This document shows positions 10,501-18,729 of a stretch of 64,000 bases of DNA, piece by piece. How positions within the stretch are numbered: the first letter of the stretch is position 1; each line of letters starts with the position of its first letter. The position numbers and the translations under genes are program-made. The DNA lies in the NCBI GenBank assembly GCA_037132235.1, contig JBAXPM010000005.1, positions 13,320 through 77,319 of the forward strand, read 5' to 3'. The notes beneath the pieces were generated by a model, which did not search any database, was not told the origin of the DNA, and saw only the letters and a list, made by a program, of their open reading frames with translations. This DNA comes from Paludibacter sp. GTDB taxonomy: Bacteria > Bacteroidota > Bacteroidia > Bacteroidales > Paludibacteraceae.

Positions 10501-11712
10501 CTAATGGCACTTTCGTATCTCGATTATAGCAATGATGATACTTTTAAGGATAAAGCATTTGATATTCTGAAATCAACGACCTATGTATCGTTGCAGGATT
10601 TGACCTTTAATGGAAAAACCTATCAATGCAAAAATATGCCAAATACCGTTCAGCAAGCTTCGATACTTTACGGATATAATCAATGTGTAAAACGTGGAAT
10701 TGCTGATGTAGCATGGAGCATTTATGACGGAAAAATACTTATTCCTCAATCGACATTATTTGGTGATACGCTTATTGCCGGTGGTGCAGGAGCTTCCAGT
10801 CAGGAAGGTGTTGGCGATGCTACCTGGTTAACGCATGTTTGGTTTCACAATGTGGTAGATAAACATGACACCAAGGTATTGCCTAGTTATATCAACTCTG
10901 CAAAAACTACTACCGGCGATTACGTCTTCAATAATGGTACTATGGGTGTTGTAGCAGCCAAACTTGGATTGGGAAATGATGCATTATCGTGGTTGCAAAA
11001 ATACCAGCGTACCGACATTTTGTACGATGAAACCTGTTTTACAGAATCGAAAGGGCAACTGTTTTTGACTCCCGAAATAGGGGCGCATGGAACCTATATC
11101 TGCAACCTTACACAAATGTTGCTTGACCCTGATAATGAACAGAAATTAGATGTTTTCCCGGCAATACCAGACAGTTGGGAATATCGTCAGATAGGATTCG
11201 ACAGCTTAATGGCAAAAGGTGGCCTGAAAATTACCGCCACCCGTGATATCCAAAGTGTCAAAGTTGAACTAAAAAACTGTTCGAAACAGTCAGTAAGCAG
11301 AGAAGTAAGTATAAAGATTCCCCGCATGCTTGATGTGGATGGATTGTCATCATCGGATCTAAAAAACGGTTGTATTGTAAATAGTGTTTCGCTTCAACCC
11401 AACGAAACAAAGTTACTTGCATATAATTTCACGCCATCAAAAATTATATCCTCAATTCATACTATCACTACCGATACTGATGCGCTGAAATATAAAATCT
11501 ATCCAAATCCGAATTCAACCGGTTTGTTAAACGTGGCAAATGGTGAAAATGTAGATGAAGTTCAGATTTACTCATTAAAAGGAGAACTCTTAATGTCACG
11601 ACAGGGCAAAATAAATTCATATTCAATTAGTCAGTTAAACGCTGGAATTTATATTGTGTCTTTAAAGATTAACAAAAATCACTCAGTGAAACACATTTTG
11701 CTTGTAAAATAA
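7588..11712 (+). CDS. Multimodular T9SS enzyme: CBM-like / LamG-like / CBM-like / GH95- or GH65-like (alpha/alpha)6 domain / CTD
   Basis: ATG 7588 gives a clean signal peptide. LamG-like TISFWIK...WQHVSIV...YLNG...IDDFSVYNYAL. Catalytic-region motifs LRQETATWWTNYFNRSRISVPD and VFPAIPDSW. CTD IYPNP...AGIYIVSL. Confidence 0.7.
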   Translation: MHKFRLLLFFFCLVSLSSIAQTSWTFDTNLQGWHDLGDGRDVTASWENGNLKMTYSERSPTNGPQLWFPAVQVDNLNFSAASYPYFEIYYQANWPTVLNGKVLMTLTKTDNTVVHSFFDFDPTENFISVDIAANVRTDWNGKAYDGQIKSIQLELPHNSSTIANPATNWFGLNTLIDKINLTATQTPKPDNRKTVKWSFETNFTDDAAQFVCATSGTPGINTSNFKNGKAALYLDGDSYLTIPTNSLFTSKEQTISFWIKTIGSAQKYSSTPANLFSYNNGNYDLAINGGKLNFQKTSRIWDNLTTWNSGDWQHVSIVNERNVMTCYLNGKKSVELLNVPMTNRTGNIVIGNGGLMAYIDDFSVYNYALTSTEIAAQGSVPLNTISAWTFDKDLEGWHEIQDGVDRDVTLSWEAGDMKLTYTNKALTNGPQLWFPQVEVDTKFDASLYPYCDIYYQTVGWPVSTPVKAVLEMTKADGTIVYSNFDIDPTLNFVRVDFSNSIQSNGSAYSGEIIKVRLELPQNTSATPAGSWFGASTKITKIEFKDVQPTVDANWDSLLGKSAFIKSGLTKLNRDDYQYQPIGLGGTTMRVDPWGFGFTKAPMANPGTWHPHEPYLSYQYWWDNAGHRFNPFLLKAGYGAALNPGTITAFNQKLDIRTGELSIDLGLTVDGTTFISKRTVLVTPDGVLVIRVQDTGAPSPLQVNIAVEQDVRIYNNAGIYNVSHDPFTGSATSREQNSTKGTVVTATRPNTSTASLAVAVESASNVTISTDNQIVSTTDPNGIVTYYIAPTSSFNPLTPTVTWDHAWNAAYTAKQKGYETLRQETATWWTNYFNRSRISVPDETVQKLYMQSLYYHGVYFGNTKIPPGCNSTDIESFGGAVCPEYDLVLSQLALLYTGHISESKNIADWTYSVLPTAKSNAVNGITHHNVTRKYDNGAIYTTLMGYDGALGVQPTVSEGANLNQNYPGANASLMALSYLDYSNDDTFKDKAFDILKSTTYVSLQDLTFNGKTYQCKNMPNTVQQASILYGYNQCVKRGIADVAWSIYDGKILIPQSTLFGDTLIAGGAGASSQEGVGDATWLTHVWFHNVVDKHDTKVLPSYINSAKTTTGDYVFNNGTMGVVAAKLGLGNDALSWLQKYQRTDILYDETCFTESKGQLFLTPEIGAHGTYICNLTQMLLDPDNEQKLDVFPAIPDSWEYRQIGFDSLMAKGGLKITATRDIQSVKVELKNCSKQSVSREVSIKIPRMLDVDGLSSSDLKNGCIVNSVSLQPNETKLLAYNFTPSKIISSIHTITTDTDALKYKIYPNPNSTGLLNVANGENVDEVQIYSLKGELLMSRQGKINSYSISQLNAGIYIVSLKINKNHSVKHILLVK

Positions 11713-11763
11713 AAAATAAATTATTCATAAAATATGGCTATTGCCAACAAAAGATTATTCGAA

Positions 11764-13473
11764 ATGAGAAAAACATTTTTATTATCAACGGTTATTCTAG
11801 TGACGTTAAGTCAACTAATTTTAGCACAAAAAAAGACCGACCCTTCCAAAAACGGTCGAGCAGGATTCGATTATTTTGTAGGTATTGTAGGTAGTCCTTC
11901 GGTTATTGAAGATATAAGATGGGACGACAAACAACTGACAGATTTAAAGGAACTGGGCGTAAATATGCTCCAGTTGAGCATAGCATGGGGTGGAAAACCC
12001 GATAACGAAGTAATCAATCTCGAAGATTTGGACGATAAAGTGCAGATTGACAAATGGAAATTCCGAATTGCTCAATGTAAAAAACATGGACTCAAAACGT
12101 TGGCTCACTTTGGAATTCCACGCGTTCTGAACGCTAATCCGGTAAAGCCAGCCTGTATTTCTGATCCTGAAGTTCAGCAGAAATACGTTCAAATGATGAA
12201 TAAGTTTATGGCCACTTTTCCGGAAGTGAACGATGTGTTGATTTATACTTACGACCAGCAAGCATGGATTTGCAGCGAGTTTGGTCCTTGTCCGCGTTGT
12301 TCGGGTATTCCTATCAGCGATCGCTTACCTAACTTTATCAATATGTTGAAAAAAGCCATGCAAGAATCACGTCCGGGAGTAAAAACGATGCTCTGGTGGA
12401 AACCATGGGAACTCTCCAAAGGACAAACAATAGATATAGTGAAAAAAATTGATTCCGATGGTTTTGGTTTAATGCTGAATTCTTCGACCAGCAACGAAGT
12501 ATATCCTTTTAACGATGGCTCATTAAAATCGGATTTAGGCGTAAAACGTTTGGTGCAAAATGCTTACGAGCGGAATATCCCTGTTGTGGGTGAGTTTGAC
12601 CATACGCTTTACAAAGGATTGTATCAAATCGACGATTATTTTCCACGTTTGATTTACGAGCAAATGGCCGGTTGGAAAGAAATTACTGGTGTGGTAGGCG
12701 TAAAAGAATATTATGGTTTTGCTCCTTCAACCTATTCGGTGAATTATGCCATGCTTCATGCCTGGATGAAAAACCCGAATGCAACGGTGGGTGAATTGTT
12801 GAACCAGATTGCAGCACCTTATGGAAAAAAAACAGCTCCAATCATGATAAAAGCATGGGAATATGTGGCTCAGGCAGTGGAGGCATTTCCGTGGGATGTT
12901 ACTTATTTGATTGGTCCTATGGGATTAGATAAAGGAGAAAATGGTGAGCACAGCTGGGATTTTGTGAAAATTATCAATGGTACCTGGGATACACCAATTT
13001 GGGAGTCGAACCGTAGGGCAAACTTTATGCTGACCGACTCAAAAACTGCTCACCCATGGATATTTGAAGATACCGGTTTGCGGTTAGAAGACGCAGCGCA
13101 ACTTAATTTCAAAGCTGTTGAATTCTTCAATCAGGCTATTGCTCAAAACGAAAGTAAGGTTGAAGATATTACTAAACAAAGAGATTTTGTACAGCATACT
13201 GCCCGCTCTTTAAGAGGGAAAAGCATTCATTACGCACTAACAATTGCTGCACAGGATGCTCGAACAGTGGCTTATGACAAAGCGCAGTTCGAAAAAGTTT
13301 GTGCCCGTATAAAAAAACTGTTGGAACTCGATGTAAATAATGGTTACAAATTGGCGGCTGTAAAACTGGAAGAGTTTAATAAAAATCCAAAAACGTGGTT
13401 AGAGAGAAATTTCAATCCGCTTACTTATAAGTCTGAAGCAGAACCAAACTGGAGTAAATGGATTGCTCCCTGA
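11764..13473 (+). CDS. Uncharacterised exported protein, probable TIM-barrel glycoside hydrolase; paralogue of 16497..18302
   Basis: SPI-type signal peptide from ATG 11764. LKELGVNMLQLSIAWG and YTYDQQAWICSEFGPCPRC motifs are shared with the paralogue. Confidence 0.6.
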   Translation: MRKTFLLSTVILVTLSQLILAQKKTDPSKNGRAGFDYFVGIVGSPSVIEDIRWDDKQLTDLKELGVNMLQLSIAWGGKPDNEVINLEDLDDKVQIDKWKFRIAQCKKHGLKTLAHFGIPRVLNANPVKPACISDPEVQQKYVQMMNKFMATFPEVNDVLIYTYDQQAWICSEFGPCPRCSGIPISDRLPNFINMLKKAMQESRPGVKTMLWWKPWELSKGQTIDIVKKIDSDGFGLMLNSSTSNEVYPFNDGSLKSDLGVKRLVQNAYERNIPVVGEFDHTLYKGLYQIDDYFPRLIYEQMAGWKEITGVVGVKEYYGFAPSTYSVNYAMLHAWMKNPNATVGELLNQIAAPYGKKTAPIMIKAWEYVAQAVEAFPWDVTYLIGPMGLDKGENGEHSWDFVKIINGTWDTPIWESNRRANFMLTDSKTAHPWIFEDTGLRLEDAAQLNFKAVEFFNQAIAQNESKVEDITKQRDFVQHTARSLRGKSIHYALTIAAQDARTVAYDKAQFEKVCARIKKLLELDVNNGYKLAAVKLEEFNKNPKTWLERNFNPLTYKSEAEPNWSKWIAP

Positions 13474-13512
13474 TATAGTTGAAAGATTGAAAATTGCTTA
13501 ATAAATTTCAAA

Positions 13513-15033
13513 ATGAACAGGTTTCTTATTCCGGTTTCGGTATTGTTCTTTTCAGCATTGGTGAATGCTGAAAAGAAAGCACAACCTAACATTCTGTTTT
13601 TGTTGAGCGACGATCAGCGCTGGGATTCACAGGGCTGTTTTGGAAACAAAACAGTAAATACACCCGAGATTGACCTTCTTGCTGCCGAAGGAGTTCGGTT
13701 TAGCAATTCTTTTGTTACTTTTTCGGTGTCGTCGGCTAGCCGGGCAGTTATTCTCACCGGCATATATTCTCGTTCGCGTTCAAATGGTGCGGATGATTTA
13801 CCGGCAATTTGTACGCCGGAGAATTGGGAAAATACTTTTCCTGCTTTACTAAAAAAGAACGGATATTATACCGGATATATTGGTAAATGGGACATTGGAG
13901 TGGGTGAAAATGGGTTTCAACATGGAATGAATTTATTTGATTATTGGGGAGGCGATCGTTGGCATGGCAATTACTGGCACGAAAAGGATTGCAATTTTGT
14001 GACCAACGATGGAATAGCTCATAAAAAAGAAATCAGGTGTACGTGTGTAACCGGTAATGCCTGGGATGCTTCGCTTCCGCGAACTGGAAATAATGGCTTG
14101 GTTCATCCTATTCACACCGATGTAGAGGTGGTTCCAATGAAAGTCAAAACGTTTTTGGCATCGAGAGATAAACAAAAACCATTCTTCTTACAGGTTTCAT
14201 TCAGGTCGCCAAAAGATCCGTGGTCTGATTATCCAGTTGAAGTGAAAGATTATTATACCGATGATTCTATTGCAATATCACCAACAGCCAATTTGCAAAA
14301 TGCATTGTCACAGCCGGAGTTTCTTCAAAAATCAATGGCTGCAAACCATGCAAGAAATTTACTGAGAACAAAAGGATTGTTAGAGAATGAAATACGTAAG
14401 CATTATCGACTTGTAACTGGGATTGATATGTCTATTGGCAAACTCCGAAAAATATTGGCAGAGCAAGGCATTGAGGATAATACTATTATCGTATTTGCTT
14501 CAGATAATGGCACTTTTTTGGGAGAACATGGTTTTTGGGGTAAATGGCTGCCTTACGAAGAGTCTATGCGCGTTCCCCTGATAATTTATGACCCGCGCAT
14601 TAAGAAAGAAAGCGGTGGAAAAATAGTTGACGAAATGGTGCTGAATGTGGATTATGCGCCTACTTTTCTCGCATTTGCAGGCATAAAAACACCACGGTAT
14701 ATGCATGGAATGGATATTGGAAAACTTATGGCGGATGAAAAGATTAGCTGGAGAACCGACTGGTATTATGAACACAGCTGGTCTGCCAAAAGTCTTGATT
14801 CAACGGTAACACCAATTATTCCATCAGAAGCTGTCAGGACAAAAGAATGGAAATATATTTTATTCCCAAATCAGCAAGTAGAACAACTCTTTAATATTAA
14901 TAATGATCCCTTTGAAACTGTTGATTTAATCGCTAATCCATCGAATAAAAAGATGTTGGAAAAGCTAAGAGGAAGAATGAATTATTATAGAAAGTTATAC
15001 GAAAAAAGCAAGTTGAAAATTCGCAACATTTGA
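13513..15033 (+). CDS. Formylglycine-dependent (S1) sulfatase, Ser-type
   Basis: PNILFLLSDDQR, S-S-A-S-R-A-V-I-L-T-G, GYYTGYIGKW, SDNG...GEHG...GK...YEESMRVPLI; signal peptide. Confidence 0.92.
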   Translation: MNRFLIPVSVLFFSALVNAEKKAQPNILFLLSDDQRWDSQGCFGNKTVNTPEIDLLAAEGVRFSNSFVTFSVSSASRAVILTGIYSRSRSNGADDLPAICTPENWENTFPALLKKNGYYTGYIGKWDIGVGENGFQHGMNLFDYWGGDRWHGNYWHEKDCNFVTNDGIAHKKEIRCTCVTGNAWDASLPRTGNNGLVHPIHTDVEVVPMKVKTFLASRDKQKPFFLQVSFRSPKDPWSDYPVEVKDYYTDDSIAISPTANLQNALSQPEFLQKSMAANHARNLLRTKGLLENEIRKHYRLVTGIDMSIGKLRKILAEQGIEDNTIIVFASDNGTFLGEHGFWGKWLPYEESMRVPLIIYDPRIKKESGGKIVDEMVLNVDYAPTFLAFAGIKTPRYMHGMDIGKLMADEKISWRTDWYYEHSWSAKSLDSTVTPIIPSEAVRTKEWKYILFPNQQVEQLFNINNDPFETVDLIANPSNKKMLEKLRGRMNYYRKLYEKSKLKIRNI

Positions 15034-15057
15034 AAATTGAAAAACAACTTATAACTA

Positions 15058-16473
15058 ATGAAGACTAAGGTAGGATTATTTGGAATAGGACTTGATACAT
15101 ATTGGGCTCAATTTGAGGGATTACTCGACAATTTGAAAACATATCAGGAAGAAATCAGAAAACGCATCTCAGAATTTGGAGTGGAAGTTGCGGATGCTGG
15201 TATGGTGGATAATCCGGTGAAAGCCTGCGAGGCCGCCGACTATCTGAAAGCACAGGATGTGGAAATTGTGTTTCTATACGTTTCCACCTACGCGCTGTCT
15301 TCAACTGTATTACCGGTGGCTCAAAAACTAAAAGTGCCTGTTGTAATACTGAATTTACAACCTGTTGCCCAACTCGATTACGAGGCGTTTAATAAGTTGG
15401 GAGACCGTGGCAAAATGACCGGTCTATGGTTAGAACATTGTCAGGCTTGCTCAGTTCCGGAAATTGCCAGCGTATTTAATCGCTCAGGAATTCAGTATGA
15501 TTTTGTAACTGGATATCTTCATGATGAGGATGCCTGGGGTGAAATTGAAGCATGGACGGAAGCTGCACGAGTTGCAAACGCTTTACAAAACAACCGCATG
15601 GGAATTTTAGGGCATTATTACGGTGGTATGCTTGATGTGTATACCGATGTAACCAAACAATCAGCTGTGTTCGGAACTCATTTTGAAATGCTTGAAATGT
15701 GTGAACTTAAAAAATATCGTGATGACGTTACTGACAACGAAGTTAAGGCAAAAATTGAAGAATTTAATGTTGCTTTTGATATTGCTCCCGAATGTGAACT
15801 GAATGAAATAGAACGCGCAGCACGCACTTCCATTGCACTCGACAAATTAGTGGTAAATCATAATTTGGGTTCGATGGCATATTATTACGAAGGAGAATCG
15901 GGCAACGATTATGAAAATATCGTCACCTCGGTTATTGCCGGAAATACTTTACTTACTGGAAAGAATATTCCAGTAGCGGGTGAATGTGAGGTGAAGAATG
16001 CACAAGCAATGAAAATCATGGCTGAATTTGGTACCGGAGGTTCATTTTCGGAATTCTACCTAATGGATTTCAACGATGATGTAGTCATGCTTGGACATGA
16101 TGGCCCTGCTCATTTTGCCATTGCCGAAGGTCGTGTACGATTAGTCCCATTACCAATCTACCATGGAAAACCGGGTAAAGGATTATCTATCCAGATGACC
16201 GTGAAACACGGGCGGGTTACCTTACTTTCGGTAGTGGAAGGCAAAGATGGAGTGTTTCTGTTAGTTGCTGAGGGTGAATCAGTAGAAGGACCAATACTTG
16301 AAATTGGAAATACAAATAGTCGTTATCGTTTCCCAATTGGTGCAAAGCGATTTATGAATGAGTGGTCGAAACAAGGCCCTGCACACCATTGCGCCATTGG
16401 AGTTGGACATATTGCGGATAAAATTGAAAAGCTCGGTCAGATATTAGGAATTGAAGTTGTGGAAATTTGTTGA
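15058..16473 (+). CDS. L-fucose/L-arabinose isomerase family protein
   Basis: No signal peptide; ACSVPEI, AGECEVK, GHDGPAH and GPAHHCAIGVGH metal-binding motifs. Confidence 0.8.
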   Translation: MKTKVGLFGIGLDTYWAQFEGLLDNLKTYQEEIRKRISEFGVEVADAGMVDNPVKACEAADYLKAQDVEIVFLYVSTYALSSTVLPVAQKLKVPVVILNLQPVAQLDYEAFNKLGDRGKMTGLWLEHCQACSVPEIASVFNRSGIQYDFVTGYLHDEDAWGEIEAWTEAARVANALQNNRMGILGHYYGGMLDVYTDVTKQSAVFGTHFEMLEMCELKKYRDDVTDNEVKAKIEEFNVAFDIAPECELNEIERAARTSIALDKLVVNHNLGSMAYYYEGESGNDYENIVTSVIAGNTLLTGKNIPVAGECEVKNAQAMKIMAEFGTGGSFSEFYLMDFNDDVVMLGHDGPAHFAIAEGRVRLVPLPIYHGKPGKGLSIQMTVKHGRVTLLSVVEGKDGVFLLVAEGESVEGPILEIGNTNSRYRFPIGAKRFMNEWSKQGPAHHCAIGVGHIADKIEKLGQILGIEVVEIC

Positions 16474-16496
16474 GTTTCAAAAATAGAATTATCATT

Positions 16497-18302
16497 ATGA
16501 GTAAACAACTAATTTATATTTCATTGCTTATTGCACTGTTATCCTCTTGTAAACAAGTAGATACAAACCAGTCACTACAATACAAAGTTGGTATTTTGGG
16601 TGCTCCCTCTTCGCCCAATGTGGAATGGAACGACAAAAACATGGAGTTGATGAAAGAGCTGGGTTTCAATACCATGCAGCTTAATATTGCGTGGGGATAT
16701 CGTCCGGCTGATAATGCACTAAATCTCGAAGATGTGATTCCAGTTCCGGCTGAATTTCGATTGCCGGTTGATAACGATTCTACCCTGAATCAGAATAACG
16801 GTGGCTCCAAACGGTATTTACACAGTAAAGAACGTATTGCAAAACGTGCTGCAGAACTGAAGCATCGTATTGCTATGTGTAAAAAACACGGGATGCGTAC
16901 CATATTTCATTTTGGAGCTCCTTATGTGGTTTATCCTGCTGTAGAGCCACTTTCGCAATGCATTTCGGACCCTAAAACTATAAAACGTTATACAAAATTG
17001 ATTGAAAACTTTCACAAGGAATTTCCCGGAGTCGACGATTTATTGATGTATACTTACGATCAAAATGCCTGGTTGTGTAGCGAAGATGGACCATGCGAAA
17101 GCTGCAGTGCTGTTCCGTTGGATAAGCGTGTTTCCAATTTTGTGAATGTTTTAGCACAAACATGGAAAAAGCTGAATCCTGATGGTCGACTTTGGTGGGA
17201 ACCATGGGAAATTTCTGCCGGACAAACCTACGCTGCTATCGAAAAACTTGATGCCAGTTGCGTCGGTTTATCAATTCATTCGAGCATTACCGAAGTACAA
17301 ATTGCCACGCCAGCTGATCGTTGGTTTAAAAATGTTCTGACATTGGCAGTTGAACGTAAAATCTCTGTTTTAGGCGAAGTTTGGTTGGGTACTGCTACTG
17401 AAGAAATCGAGCCTTATATTTATTTGCCTTCACCGCTTACTACATTGAGAGCATTGCGAGCAATGAATAATGCTGGTAAACTTGCCGGAATAAAAGAGTA
17501 TTATGGCAATATTCCTGACCGTGAAGACCCAAATCTTCGAATGGCATCCATATTCTTTCACAAACCGGGAATCACCGATGTTAAAGCACTTGAATTGTTA
17601 GCTGAACCGTATAAAAATGCTTCAGAAAAAATTCAACTCTATTGGAAATATTCATCCGAAGTTATCGAAATGTACCCCTGGGATATTTCGTGGTTTAGTC
17701 GTGAGGTTGGAAGGAGCGATCCACAGCACTTACTTTCTGAAGCCACGTTGAAAGGTGCTTCGTGGGTAACACCATCATGGCTGTCGAACCGCAGAGCAGC
17801 ATTTATGCGTACGGTAGAAACCGATCAGCCACACTTTTGGATGTTGGAAGATGCACAGCTTCGTTTCGAAGCAACAGCCCGAAAAGTGGATCAGGCATTA
17901 GTGGCAGCTGAAGAAGCAAGAAAAGATATTCCAACGAAATATCTTGCTGAATTTGACATGGGAGTAAAAGAGTTGATTGGTTTTAAACAGCGTTGTTTGG
18001 CTTATACTTATCACATTAGGGAAACAAATCTTTGTAAAATAATGAGACGTTCGTTGACCAAAACAGGTAAGGTAAATGATGTAAACTTAACTGAATTAAG
18101 AACCACACTTTTAAAAGACCAACAAAACCAAGGGGCAAAAAATCGGCTTACACCGGCTGTTGAACTTCTGGACAAAGATGTGAAAAGTTTCTTAAAGAAG
18201 TATTTCAATAAACCTTTACCATCAGGTGTAAAAGCAGATATGTATTTTAATGATTCATTGCCACCCAATGTAAAAACAGTGTGGACACTAACATCAAAAT
18301 AG
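16497..18302 (+). CDS. Uncharacterised lipoprotein, probable TIM-barrel glycoside hydrolase; paralogue of 11764..13473
   Basis: Lipobox LLSSC from ATG 16497. MKELGFNTMQLNIAWG, YTYDQNAWLCSEDGPCESC, GIKEYYG and SNRRAAFM motifs. Confidence 0.6.
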   Translation: MSKQLIYISLLIALLSSCKQVDTNQSLQYKVGILGAPSSPNVEWNDKNMELMKELGFNTMQLNIAWGYRPADNALNLEDVIPVPAEFRLPVDNDSTLNQNNGGSKRYLHSKERIAKRAAELKHRIAMCKKHGMRTIFHFGAPYVVYPAVEPLSQCISDPKTIKRYTKLIENFHKEFPGVDDLLMYTYDQNAWLCSEDGPCESCSAVPLDKRVSNFVNVLAQTWKKLNPDGRLWWEPWEISAGQTYAAIEKLDASCVGLSIHSSITEVQIATPADRWFKNVLTLAVERKISVLGEVWLGTATEEIEPYIYLPSPLTTLRALRAMNNAGKLAGIKEYYGNIPDREDPNLRMASIFFHKPGITDVKALELLAEPYKNASEKIQLYWKYSSEVIEMYPWDISWFSREVGRSDPQHLLSEATLKGASWVTPSWLSNRRAAFMRTVETDQPHFWMLEDAQLRFEATARKVDQALVAAEEARKDIPTKYLAEFDMGVKELIGFKQRCLAYTYHIRETNLCKIMRRSLTKTGKVNDVNLTELRTTLLKDQQNQGAKNRLTPAVELLDKDVKSFLKKYFNKPLPSGVKADMYFNDSLPPNVKTVWTLTSK

Positions 18303-18358
18303 TTTTTTCTATATCAATTTATATATATACTTAAGTGTTGAATCTAAAATCTAAAAAA

Positions 18359-18673
18359 ATGGAACGAAAGGCATTTAAAATGTACCTCAAACCGGGTTTT
18401 GAGAAAGAGTACGAAAAACGGCACAGTGAAATTTGGCCTGAGCTGAAGGTACTTATTCAGCAAAGCGGTATATGTGATTATTCTATATTTTGGGATAAAG
18501 AAACTAATAATCTTTTTGCCATACAAAAAGTGAAAGGTGGTGCTGGTTCGCAGGATTTGGGCAAAAATCCAATAGTCCAAAAATGGTGGGCGTATATGGC
18601 GGACATAATGAAGACAAATTCAGATAATTCACCTGTCACGATCGAATTGAATGAAGTGTTTTATATGGAGTAA
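18359..18673 (+). CDS. rhaM: L-rhamnose mutarotase
   Basis: MERKAFKMYLKPGFEKEYEKRHSEIWPEL...DYSIF...QKWWAYMADIM...LNEVFYME. ATG 18359. Confidence 0.9.
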   Translation: MERKAFKMYLKPGFEKEYEKRHSEIWPELKVLIQQSGICDYSIFWDKETNNLFAIQKVKGGAGSQDLGKNPIVQKWWAYMADIMKTNSDNSPVTIELNEVFYME

Positions 18674-18729
18674 ATATCTTAAATTTAATTATATAACAAA
18701 ACAAATTACTAACTAAAAAAATTACAATC

